Shown here: one piece after another, positions 9,101 through 19,000 of the stretch | How positions within the stretch are numbered: position 1 is the stretch's first letter | How the letters are laid out: each line of letters opens with the position of its first letter | Assembly (NCBI GenBank): GCA_031364845.1 | Contig: JANLWX010000006.1 | Span: 1-19,120 of the forward strand | Reading direction: 5' to 3' | Source of the DNA: Candidatus Eiseniibacteriota bacterium | GTDB taxonomy: Bacteria > Eisenbacteria > RBG-16-71-46 | DNA: 19,120 bases | Position numbers and translations under genes: made by a program | The notes under the pieces: generated by a model | What the model was told of the DNA's origin: nothing | Seen by the model: the letters and a program-made list of their open reading frames with translations, nothing else | The model's database searches: none

Positions 9101-9169
9101 GGGATCTACCTGTTTACGGTCGACTCGAGTGAAGGCACCCAGCGCGGTCGGTTCGTGGTGATCCGCTAG
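6146..9169 (+). CDS. Large secreted hypothetical protein with Asp-rich motifs, FN3-like domain and T9SS type-A-like C-terminal sorting domain
   Basis: Signal peptide ending AHA-L with no lipobox. FN3-like GDNAITLSWD..FRGYKIWK..YTYVDREVKNGFTYFYSVTAFD. C-terminus VVPNPY..IRVYTVSGDLV..WNLISRNGQDIVSGIYLFTV..GRFVVIR matches T9SS CTD-like motifs. Confidence 0.88.
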   Translation: MTRIRFEIHRWIAGLALAATVAVPHAAHALPPGKIDPDGMTMEAWRQAMPEYFHPRGSNPRVSPTDIPDVFGPGAVLRVGNVHMKITNWGHNGNLFTNVSNDPAGQWPGASAVSYLSSIRLSVGAVNPGATDPNAVRRVSYLQEWRPETLEPEDKIYRSYDGIINGQRYVNDDGDFDSSNPYGCLNPPCAKIDEDFNDGRDNDADGQIDEDFGALGQEMYSLVMWDNTIQAVNTVFSEKHVPLGLECKQKAWAYSVIGFQDFNVMEYEIINRSGHVLDSLCIGWLVDIDSGPEEVANFFNDDFDVPMFPQGEYLVQVGSTPGQLIDPLRRQQPHDTQEIARSAYPPDSALCPVDTIRVNGFSVIDDDGDVGRTQGVGSFLLIDHTVDPLGETGPKRVGFLAYRSFTGGTPFAQGGNPVIDQQRFEFLSGQAGTNIGEDGFINAIPGDQKGDYISWASVGPWLNVADGQSISVTVAFAVQIGNYQSMIQWPPRLDRYKNAPAGQKDDIASELFGQYPALFNAFSAQLAFTGVHEKREGFATPDFHGRETPRQLGIGEPPIYLQDCRDIEQGQLRPVTEREPTWFDFDCSYCTGVWDFTDGNGNPQAGGLFHKTWNAEAPPPNPALNVASRYNFTDNPNRKVVAAGDNAITLSWDNLSEVTQDPKSQWFDFRGYKIWKVSDWQRPVGSAGPSEADWTLLGEYRQFRYDSAGVRLRSNRYYDPDSGRIVCPKVFIPNYRDPVNGTVGPKVVPICLDFGDLWDRQNGHIIKPDTTFGVTTPGGPGCVKDSSGHCQVVNGCTVHRGPCETPSNREDRPRYPIGTYTYVDREVKNGFTYFYSVTAFDSTTTLGRTTELGGRRSAVEAEGVVPQTTVGTGKGVWVVPNPYRGYARIVDRPSAWDLTPNASDPTGTHIDFLGLPRGKWTIRVYTVSGDLVAEIRSEDATNESVRPAISDGRVTLPGYNRQQDNDNDGQARWNLISRNGQDIVSGIYLFTVDSSEGTQRGRFVVIR

Positions 9170-9196
9170 CGTTCGGTCTCGAAGGAGGGATTCAGA

Positions 9197-10150
9197 GTGA
9201 AAAGAACCGCATGGGCGCTGGGACTCGCAGGGCTATTGCTGCCCGGGGTTTCGTTTGCGGCCAACATCTTCGAAAAGGTCGGGACGTTCGACGGCCAGTT
9301 CCTGAAGATCGGCGTCGGTGCCCGCGCCGCGGCCATGGGTGGCGCATTCGTGGGCGTGGCCGACGACGGATCGTCGCTGTTCTGGAATGCCGCCGGCATC
9401 GCGCGCATCGATCCGGACAAGTCCGAGTTGTCGCTGAACCACGCGAACTGGCCGGCCGAGCTGTCGTTCGACCAGGTGGGCTACGTGTTCCACGTCAAGC
9501 GCATTCCGGGAGCGTTCGGCATTCACGCGCGCGCGCTGTCGATGGCGCCGATGATCGAGACCACCGCCTACCAGCCGGATCCGACACTAGGAACGGGTGA
9601 GGAGTTCGACGCCGGCATGATGACCATGGGCGTCACTTACGCCCGGTCGTTCACCGACAAGTTCAGCGCCGGTGTGACCGGCAACTTCATCCACGAGGGG
9701 CTGGCCGATCTGTCGCAGCAGACGTTCGCGTTCGACATCGGCACGCTGTACGACGTCGGCGCGCTCGGCATGAAGATCGGCATGGCGATCTCGAACATCG
9801 GCTCGCAGATCAAGTTCATCGATCGCGAGGCGCGTATCCCGGCTATCTTCCGCGTCGGCACCTCGGTCTCGCTGCTTTCGACTGCCGACCAGAAGCTGAT
9901 GGGATCGTTCGAGTTCTCGCATCCGCCGGACAACTCGGAGCGCATCAACGTCGGCGCCGAGTACGGATTCCGCCGCTATCTGTTCCTGCGCGGCGGCTAC
10001 AACATCAACTACGACGCCGAGGGCATCGCGGGCGGCATGGGATTCCTGTTCCCGGTGTCGGTCGCGGGCAAGGCGAATCTCGACTACGCCTACACCGACA
10101 TGAAGGATCTCGGCGCGGCGCACCGGTTCTCGCTCAAGTTCCTGTTCTGA
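9197..10150 (+). CDS. PorV/PorQ-family outer-membrane beta-barrel protein
   Basis: RBS AAGGAGG before GTG 9197 and a signal peptide. Family signature FLKIGVGARAAAMGGAFVGVADDGSSLFWNAAG, plus FAFDIGTLY, NVGAEY, LFLRGGY, LDYAY and C-terminal HRFSLKFLF; 317 aa. Confidence 0.9.
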   Translation: MKRTAWALGLAGLLLPGVSFAANIFEKVGTFDGQFLKIGVGARAAAMGGAFVGVADDGSSLFWNAAGIARIDPDKSELSLNHANWPAELSFDQVGYVFHVKRIPGAFGIHARALSMAPMIETTAYQPDPTLGTGEEFDAGMMTMGVTYARSFTDKFSAGVTGNFIHEGLADLSQQTFAFDIGTLYDVGALGMKIGMAISNIGSQIKFIDREARIPAIFRVGTSVSLLSTADQKLMGSFEFSHPPDNSERINVGAEYGFRRYLFLRGGYNINYDAEGIAGGMGFLFPVSVAGKANLDYAYTDMKDLGAAHRFSLKFLF

Positions 10151-10175
10151 GGCCGCGACGCCACCCCCGATCGCA

Positions 10176-11675
10176 GTGACTTCGCAACGGACGCGCTCCC
10201 CGAGGGGAGCGCGTTGCCGTTTGAGCCGGATCGCTACGCCGGTCATGGCGCTGATCGCTTTGATCGGTGCCACCGCACCCGCCGCCGCGCGCTTAGATGA
10301 GACGCTCGGGCCCTTGCCGTGGCGCATCGGCGGGCGCGTCGGATTCACCGTCGATGCCGCCGCGTTCCCCGATTCGACCGGCCACATGCTCGACGTCTAC
10401 GTGCGCATTCCGCCGGTCACGATCGAGGCGTTGACGCTCGATTCGCTCGCGACCGGACGCCTGCGCCTCACCACGCGCCTGCGCAGCGGCTTCGCCGGCA
10501 AGACCTCCACGCAGACGCAGGAAGTCGCGATCGCCTCCGCGGACTCCTCGCGCGGATTCGGCCGCGTCGTGCTGTTGCGGTTCCCGCTGATGCCGGGACC
10601 GCAACGGCTCGCGGTCAAGCTCGAAGATGTGCGCTCGCGCAAGCGCGGTATCGCCTACATGGGACGCAAAGTTTCAGAGAGTGCGGAGGTCGAAGGCGAG
10701 TTCTCGGTGGTCGTGCCCAAGACCGGCGTGGATCTGTCGGACCTCGAGTTCGTGTGGGCCGAGACCGAAGGCCGCGAAGGCAGCGCGTTCCTGCGCGGCG
10801 GGCGTGACGTGCTGCCGAACCCCGAACGCCTCTACGGACTCCACGCCACCGAGCTGCGCGCGTTCTTCGTGGCGCGCGCCGACAGCGCCCAGGGCCGTCC
10901 GTGGAAGTGGAAGACCCGCGTGCTCGATGGCGCTTCGAATGTGATCGCGGAGCGCGAGAGCAGCGGAACTGCTTCGGCGCGGCTGGACGCGGAGACTCAG
11001 TTCGATCTCGCGCGTGAGCCCGCGGGAGCGTATCTATTGGAAGTGCAGGTGTGGCGCGAGGGCGATCGTGCGAAGGCCGTGCGTCAGGCGAAATTCAGCG
11101 TCGCGTGGCATCCCGAATCGTGGTTTCGCAATCCGCGCGATGTCGAGGACGCGGTGCATTTGCTGCTGCCGCCCGACGACGAGGAGAACTTCGCCCGCAT
11201 GCAGCCCGGCGAGCAGGAGCGGTTGCTCGACGAGTTCTGGCGCGTGCGCGATCCGTCACCGGGTACGGCGATCAACGAAGCGCTGGCCGGATTCGAGCAG
11301 CGCGTCGTGATCGCGAACCGCAACTACGCGCGGCTCGGACAAGGCCCCGGCATGCTGTCCGACATGGGACGCGTGTTCATCCGCTACGGCGAACCGTCGG
11401 AAGTGCTGCGGCAGGTGATTCCCTCCGGCGACAACACGCTGCTCCAGGCGTTGCGCGAGATCCGCGTCAGCGAAGATCGCGCGCTCGGCGACGTGGAGCA
11501 GAAGGGACCGGGCGGCGACATGCGGCCGTTCGAAGTGTGGATCTACGAAGGCGACATCCCGCCGCCGGTCGATGCCGATCCGCGCGAGAAGCGCGTGAAC
11601 CGCAAGCGACTCGTGTTCCTGTTCGTCGACGAAATGGGGCTGGGGCAGTACACGCAGCGCTATTCCACCGAATAG
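10176..11675 (+). CDS. GWxTD domain-containing exported protein (variant motif GMLSD)
   Basis: C-terminal EFWRVRDPSPGTAINE..RVVIANRNY..GMLSDMGRVFIRYGEP..EVWIY..FLFVD matches the GWxTD domain pattern. Signal peptide present. Start uncertain: GTG 10176, TTG 10221 (after GAGGGGAG) or ATG 10245. Confidence 0.88.
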   Translation: MTSQRTRSPRGARCRLSRIATPVMALIALIGATAPAAARLDETLGPLPWRIGGRVGFTVDAAAFPDSTGHMLDVYVRIPPVTIEALTLDSLATGRLRLTTRLRSGFAGKTSTQTQEVAIASADSSRGFGRVVLLRFPLMPGPQRLAVKLEDVRSRKRGIAYMGRKVSESAEVEGEFSVVVPKTGVDLSDLEFVWAETEGREGSAFLRGGRDVLPNPERLYGLHATELRAFFVARADSAQGRPWKWKTRVLDGASNVIAERESSGTASARLDAETQFDLAREPAGAYLLEVQVWREGDRAKAVRQAKFSVAWHPESWFRNPRDVEDAVHLLLPPDDEENFARMQPGEQERLLDEFWRVRDPSPGTAINEALAGFEQRVVIANRNYARLGQGPGMLSDMGRVFIRYGEPSEVLRQVIPSGDNTLLQALREIRVSEDRALGDVEQKGPGGDMRPFEVWIYEGDIPPPVDADPREKRVNRKRLVFLFVDEMGLGQYTQRYSTE

Positions 11676-11688
11676 GCGGTCCCAGCGG

Positions 11689-12829
<1,141 letters not shown>

Positions 12830-12836
12830 TCCGGCG

Positions 12837-14060
12837 ATGGCGCCCGAATCGCGCAGTTTCGCCAAGCAGACGATTCAACACCTCGAGTGCGCGGGGAAAC
12901 GCGTGCTGGTGCGCGTCGACTTCAATGTGCCTTTGGAGAACGGTGCCGTCGCCGATGCCACGCGCATCGAAGCCGCACTCCCGACGATCCGCCATCTGAT
13001 CCAGCAGCGCGCGCGTGTGATTCTCATGTCGCATCTCGGGCGCCCCAAAGGCGGACCCGATCCGAAGTACACCATGAAGCCGGTGCAGGAACACCTCGCA
13101 AAGCTGCTCGGCCAGCCGGTTGCATGGGCCTCGGACTGCATCGGCCCCGAAGCCGAGGCGGCGGTGAAGGCGCTCGGCGACGGCCAGGTGCTGCTGCTCG
13201 AGAACCTGCGTTTCTACGCCGAGGAAGAGAAGAACGATCCCGCCTTCGCGCAGAAGCTCGCCGCACTCGGCGAGGTCTACGTCAACGACGCGTTCGGCAC
13301 CGCGCACCGCGCACATGCGTCGACCGAAGGCGTGGCGCATCTGCTGCATCCGGCGGTCGCGGGGTTCCTGATGCAGAAGGAACTCGACTATCTCGGCAAG
13401 GCACTCGCCGATCCCGCGCGGCCGTTCGTCGCGATCCTCGGCGGTGCGAAGATCTCGGGCAAGATCGACGTCATCACCGCACTGCTCGGCAAGGTCGACC
13501 GGCTGCTGATCGGCGGTGCCATGATGTTCACGTTCTACCGCGCGCAGGGACGCTCGGTCGGCAAGTCGCTCGTCGAAGAAGATCGCGTCGAGATGGCAAA
13601 GGACGTGCTCGCCGCCGCAGCGAAGCGCGGGGTGGAACTCGTGCTGCCGGTGGATTGCATCGCCTCGACCGCGCACGACGGTAGCGCACCCGCGCGCGCG
13701 TGCCGCATCGAGGAACTGCGCGATGACGAGATGGGTGTGGACATCGGGCCGGAGTCGGTGCGGACATTCGCCGCGAAGCTCGCCGATGCGAAGACCGTGC
13801 TGTGGAACGGACCGATGGGCATCTTCGAAGTCGACGCCTTCGCCGTCGGGACGCTGAAGGTCGCAGGCGCGTGCGCCGAAGCCACCGGACGCGGTGCCGT
13901 GACCGTGGTGGGCGGGGGCGACTCGGTCGCCGCGATCCAGCAGGCCGGACTCGCCGATAAGTTCTCGCACCTGTCGACCGGCGGCGGTGCGTCGCTCGAG
14001 TTCCTCGAAGGCAAACTGCTGCCCGGTGTCGAAGCGCTCGACGATGCGGGGTCTGAATGA
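12837..14060 (+). CDS. pgk: Phosphoglycerate kinase
   Basis: [72 protein letters not shown]. Confidence 0.99.
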   Translation: MAPESRSFAKQTIQHLECAGKRVLVRVDFNVPLENGAVADATRIEAALPTIRHLIQQRARVILMSHLGRPKGGPDPKYTMKPVQEHLAKLLGQPVAWASDCIGPEAEAAVKALGDGQVLLLENLRFYAEEEKNDPAFAQKLAALGEVYVNDAFGTAHRAHASTEGVAHLLHPAVAGFLMQKELDYLGKALADPARPFVAILGGAKISGKIDVITALLGKVDRLLIGGAMMFTFYRAQGRSVGKSLVEEDRVEMAKDVLAAAAKRGVELVLPVDCIASTAHDGSAPARACRIEELRDDEMGVDIGPESVRTFAAKLADAKTVLWNGPMGIFEVDAFAVGTLKVAGACAEATGRGAVTVVGGGDSVAAIQQAGLADKFSHLSTGGGASLEFLEGKLLPGVEALDDAGSE

Positions 14061-14836
14061 CCGCTTTGCCGCGCCGCCCGCGACTCGTCGCCGGCAACTG
14101 GAAGATGCACAAGACCGCGCGCGAAGGCGTGGTGCTCGCGCGCGAGATGCTGGAGCTGCTGCGCGCGCGGCCGCACACCGAGATCGCCGTGTGTCCGCCG
14201 TTCACCGCGCTCGAAAGTGTGAGCGGAGTTTTGCGTGAAAGCGGAATCCATCTCGGCGCCCAGAACCTGCACGCCGAAACCCATGGCGCCTTCACCGGTG
14301 AAGTCTCGGGCGCGATGCTCGCCGATGCCGGATGCAAGTTTGTGATCGTCGGCCACTCCGAGCGCCGCCACGTGATGGGCGAGGACGACGCGACCGTCGC
14401 GCGCAAGCTGCGCGCCGCACAGCGCGACGGCCTCACGCCGATCGTGTGCGTGGGCGAGCTGCTCGACGAGCGCGAAGCCGGACGCACCGCCGAAGTCCTG
14501 GTGCGCCAGATCCGCGCCGCCTATGAAGGACTCGACGCCGCCGCGACCGCGCGCACCGTGACCGCGTACGAGCCCGTGTGGGCGATCGGCACCGGCAAAG
14601 TCGCGACCCCCGAGCAGGCGCGCGACGCCCATCGCGTGATCCGAGCGACCTTGGACCAGGTGGTGGCCGCCGGGACCGGCGAGCGCCAAGCGATTCTCTA
14701 CGGCGGCAGCGTCAACGCCGCCAACGCCGCGAGCCTGTTCGCCGAGCAGGACATCGACGGGGCGCTGGTGGGAGGGGCTTCGCTCGATGCTGCGGGGTTC
14801 TGGAAGATCGTGGTGGCGGCGGCTGCCGGGGCGTGA
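14057..14836 (+). CDS. tpiA: Triosephosphate isomerase
   Basis: [50 protein letters not shown] overlap with the pgk stop. Confidence 0.99.
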   Translation: MTALPRRPRLVAGNWKMHKTAREGVVLAREMLELLRARPHTEIAVCPPFTALESVSGVLRESGIHLGAQNLHAETHGAFTGEVSGAMLADAGCKFVIVGHSERRHVMGEDDATVARKLRAAQRDGLTPIVCVGELLDEREAGRTAEVLVRQIRAAYEGLDAAATARTVTAYEPVWAIGTGKVATPEQARDAHRVIRATLDQVVAAGTGERQAILYGGSVNAANAASLFAEQDIDGALVGGASLDAAGFWKIVVAAAAGA

Positions 14837-14926
14837 GCCGGGGCTGTTATGAAGCGCGGATTCGGCCGCTGGAGCTGCGGGTTCTCACGAGCCTGGGCCG
14901 CTGCGAAAATCGCGGCCCGGATCAAA

Positions 14927-14956
14927 TTGACGCCATATGATGCCGATTGTTAAGGT
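14927..14956 (+). promoter_or_regulatory. Putative promoter for secG-tRNA-Leu
   Basis: TTGACG (14927-14932), 18 nt, extended -10 TG-n-TAAGGT (14948-14956). Confidence 0.55.
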
Positions 14957-15022
14957 AGCCGGCCGCTTCCGGTGCGCGGAGGTTCCGCGCGGGACGGCAC
15001 CGCAGTTTCCCGAGGACATCTC

Positions 15023-15433
15023 ATGTACACGTTCCTGTTGATTCTCCATCTTGTGATCTGCCTCTCGCTGATCGGCGTGGTCCTCGTTCAGTCCGGCAAG
15101 GGCGGCGGGCTCGCCGGCGGCGCATTCGGCGGCTCGGCCCAGACCGTGTTTGGCGGCCGCGGCGCGACCGACTTCTTCACCAAGGCCACGATGGGCCTCG
15201 GCGGAGCGTTCTTCCTCACGTCGCTGGTGCTCGCACTCATGTCGTCCGGCAACATCGGCGGCGGGCAACGCAGCCTGATCCAGACCGAAGCGCAGCGCGG
15301 TGCGGCAACCACGCCCGCACCCGGAGCTGCGCCGCAGACCGGCCAGCAGCCGTCCGCACCCGCAACGGGCACGACGCCCGCGACCGGCACCGGCGCCCCT
15401 CCGCCGACCCCGGCACCCGCAGGGGGCCGCTAA
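15023..15433 (+). CDS. secG: Preprotein translocase subunit SecG
   Basis: RBS GAGGA then ATG 15023. MYTFLLILHLVICLSLIGVVLVQSGKGGGLAGGAFGGSAQTVFGGRG..FFTKAT with two TM segments; conserved tpiA-secG-tRNA-Leu synteny. Confidence 0.97.
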   Translation: MYTFLLILHLVICLSLIGVVLVQSGKGGGLAGGAFGGSAQTVFGGRGATDFFTKATMGLGGAFFLTSLVLALMSSGNIGGGQRSLIQTEAQRGAATTPAPGAAPQTGQQPSAPATGTTPATGTGAPPPTPAPAGGR

Positions 15434-15461
15434 GGCTATTCGATCGCGACAAGGATTTCGT

Positions 15462-15546
15462 GCCCGGGTGGTGGAATTGGTAGACACGCACGTTTGAGGG
15501 GCGTGTGGGGAAACCCGTGCGAGTTCGAGTCTCGCCCCGGGCACCA
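15462..15546 (+). tRNA. tRNA-Leu (anticodon GAG)
   Basis: Acceptor GCCCGGG/CCCGGGC+ACCA; D arm GTGGAATTGGTAGACAC; anticodon stem CACGT/GCGTG with loop TT-GAG-GG (GAG at 15496-15498); long variable arm; T loop GTTCGAGT; CCA encoded. Confidence 0.97.
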
Positions 15547-15550
15547 CTGG

Positions 15551-15591
15551 AGACCCGCGTTCGAGGAGTTTCGGACGCGGGTCTTTTGTTT
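15551..15591 (+). terminator. Rho-independent terminator after the tRNA
   Basis: Stem AGACCCGCGTTCGA / TCGGACGCGGGTCT (one G-U pair) followed by TTTGTTT. Confidence 0.9.
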
Positions 15592-15800
15592 GCCTGAGTA
15601 GCTGTCCGAGTGGGATCTTCGGACCTGACATGTCTCAGCGCACATTGCGGCGGCGCAGCGCGCTCGAGTTCCTGCTCGCGTTTGACGCTGCGGTCGAGCC
15701 TGCGGGTCATCAGGTGGAGCGCGTGGTGCGGCTGCGCTGACTTCAGAGACCCGACCGCTTCCGCACACTGTCCTCGCGAACAGTTCGCCTAACAATTCCC

Positions 15801-15829
15801 TTGCATCTGCCCTTCTCCCTGAATACCCT
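15801..15829 (+). promoter_or_regulatory. Putative sigma70 promoter for the Calx-beta protein
   Basis: TTGCAT (15801-15806), 17 nt, TACCCT (15824-15829), in a lower-GC patch. Confidence 0.5.
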
Positions 15830-16065
15830 CCCCACATCTTGATTGCGATTCCCCTCGCGGCCCTGAAGTAAACCCGCTTGGGTGACCAGGGTCGTGGCCG
15901 CTTCACGTCGCCCGACGACGACTCTGCCGAAGCCGCTTCGCGACGAGAGTGCCGCCCATGATCGATCACTTCAGCTGATCCGACGGTCCTGCGCGGACCC
16001 TGCCGCTTGTTCACGCCCCACGATTCTCCACGCGTTGTAGCCGTCCACCTTCGAGGGAATCCGCC

Positions 16066-19000
16066 ATGAAGCTCCCGTTCCGGATCTCAAGCTCCCGACG
16101 AACACGCCGTTCCATGATTGCGATCGCGTCGGCGGCAGTGCTCGTCCTCGCCACATCCGCGGTCACTTTCGCGGCTTCGCAGCACGACTCGCGCGTTGCG
16201 CCGCCCGGAACGAATCTCTCCGGCTCGGCCGCGCAGGTGGTGGGAACGGCGGTCGTCAACTTCGAAGCGCTCGCAAAGCTCGATGCCGAGCATCTGGCGG
16301 TCCAGCCGCCTTACATCCCGCGCATCATGCCCAAGGCGCACGAGCCGGCGGAGCCGGACGTTGTGATCGGGCTCGCCGAGATCCCGCCGGCGCGCGTGTC
16401 TCCGGCGGTCGCGTCGCCTTCGCCGTCCACGAGCTTCGAGGGTCTCGATGACATCCCGATCGGAGGCACGGGCTTCATCACAATTCCCCCCGATGTCGAT
16501 GGCGCGGTCGGCCGCACGCGGGTGATGACGGGGCTGAACAACAATTACCGGATCTTCGACAAGTCGACGGGTGCCGTACTCAGCACGACCTCTACCAACA
16601 CGTTTTGGGCAGGATCGGGCGGCACCATCAACACGCACTTCGATCCCAAGACGATTTACGATCCGATCAACGACCGCTGGATCGTCGTGATGATGTGCGA
16701 TGGCGGAACCGCGAACTCATCAGTCCAGGTCGGCGTGTCCCAGACCAGCGATCCCGCGGGCGCCTACTACATCTTCCGCGTCGACACCGATGCCGGCAAC
16801 ACGTTGTGGGCGGACTTCCCCTCGATCGGGTTCAACAAGAACTGGGTTGCGATCGGCATGAACATGTTCACGATCAGCGCGGGCGCGTTCTCGACCGGCA
16901 AGATGCTGGTGATCGACTACCCGTCGTTGCGCGCGGGCGCGTTCGTCGCGACGATGTTCACGGGCACCGGGTTCTGCTCGTCGCCGGCCGCGACGTACTC
17001 ATCGACCGAAAACACGCTCTACACGCCGACCCATTTGAGCAGCGGGGGCGGAACCTTCCGCGTCGATCTCATCACGGGCACGCCGGCGGCACCGGTTTAC
17101 ACGATCGGCGCCACCAAGAGCCGCGGCCTCACGTGGACACAGACGGGCGGCAACATCCTTCCGCAGGCGGCGCCGCTGGCGGGAGCGAGTGCGTGCGGTG
17201 CGACGCCGTGCAAGATCGACTGCATCGATTCGCAGATCCGCTCGACGCCGGTGTTCCGCAATGGCTCGATCTACTACACGCAGACGGTGGGAGCGACGAG
17301 CCTCACGCGCACGATGCTGCAGTGGACCAAGATCGACGCGGTGACGGGCGTGGTTCAGGACGGCGGCCGCATCGAGGATCCGACGGCGACCGCGACCAAC
17401 GGCGGCAAGTGGTACGCGTATGGGCACATCGCGGTGAACGCTGCGGGCGACATCATCGTCGGGTACTCGCAATTCGCGTCCAACCAGTACGGGGCGTCGG
17501 CCTATTCGATGCATCTGGCGGCGGACGCTCCGGGAACGATGCGCGATCCGTACATTTTCCGCGCGGGCGACGACTACTATCACAAGACCTTCAACCTCAC
17601 GACGAGCCGCAACCGCTGGGGTGATTACAGCAAGGCCCAGGTCGATCCTGCGGACGACCAGTCGCTGTGGGTGGTCGACGAGTGGGCGAAGCTGCGAACC
17701 GGCACCGACGACGGCAACACCGGCAGCAACTCGAGCAAGTGGGGCACGTGGTGGGCGAATGTCGCGGGTCCGGCACCAACCGTCACGATCGCTCCGGGGC
17801 CTTCCAACCCTGAAGGCAATGCGGGAACCACGGCGTTCGACTTCACGGTCAACCTGTCGACCGGCTACAGCCTTCCGGTCACGGTGAACTATCAGACTTC
17901 GGACGGTACCGCGACGACCGGCAACAACGACTACGCTTCTGTGAGCGGCTCGATCGTGATCCCCGCGGGATTCACGAGTGGCACGATCACCGTGAACGGG
18001 AACGGCGACGCGACGCTCGAAGGCGACGAAACGTTCAGCGTGTCATTGACGGGCGCGACCAATGCCACGGTCGGGTTGCCTTCGTCTTCGACCGGCACGA
18101 TTCAGAACGACGACGGCCAGCCGACGATCGACATCGAGATGGCGGCGCTGTCGCTCGAAGGCAACGCGGGGCCGGCGACGGTGAATCTCGCGGTGACGCT
18201 CTCGAATGCCAGCGATCAGCCGGTGACGGTCGACTGGCAGACCAACGATGGCTCGGCGACGCTCGCCAACAACGACTACGTGCAGGATTCGGGCACGCTG
18301 ACGTTCCCGGCGAAGACCACCGGCCCGCAGACGGTGACGGTCACGATCAACGGCGATGCGACGCAGGAGTCGGACGAGACGTTCACCGTGACGCTGTCGA
18401 ACCCGGTGGGGGGCACGATCGGAAACGGCACGGGTACGGTGACGATTCAGAACGACGACGGCACGCCGACGGTCGACATCGAGATGGTGGAGTTGTCGCT
18501 CGAAGGCAATGCGGGGCCGTCGGTGGTGAGCCTCGATGTGACCCTGTCGCACGCGAGCGATCAGCCGGTGACGGTCGATTGGCAGACCAACGACGGCACG
18601 GCGACGCTCGCGAACAACGACTACGACCAGGGTTCGGGCACGCTGACGTTCCCGCCGAAGACCACCGGCCCGCAGACGATCACGGTGACCGTGAACGGCG
18701 ACGGAACGCTGGAGTCGGATGAGACGCTGACGGTGACGCTGTCGAACGCGTCGGGCGCGACGATCGGCAACGGCACGGGCACCGTGACGATTCAGAACGA
18801 CGACGGCACGCCGACGGTCGGCATCGAGATGGCGGAGTTGTCGCTCGAAGGCAACGCGGGTCCGACGCTCGTGAATCTCGACGTAACCCTTTCGCATGCA
18901 AGCGATCAGCCGGTGACGGTGGACTGGCAGACCAACGACGGCTCGGCGACGCTCGCGAACAACGACTACCAGCAGGGTTCGGGCACGCTGACGTTCCCGC

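Noticed and set aside
12837..14836. PGK-TPI fusion by programmed frameshift
   Set aside because: Ordinary ATGA stop/start overlap with no slippery run at the junction; translational coupling suffices.
14893..14920. Hairpin GGGCCGC/GCGGCCC after tpiA as an intrinsic terminator
   Set aside because: No U-tract follows, so it cannot be called.
15462..16065. Prophage/island integrated at tRNA-Leu
   Set aside because: No integrase and no duplicated tRNA 3' end seen in the window; the native terminator follows directly.
16087..18901. Listed ORFs 16087-16638, 16605-17624, 16999-17583, 18043-18897 and others
   Set aside because: All are off-frame or antisense to the single continuous ORF starting at 16066.
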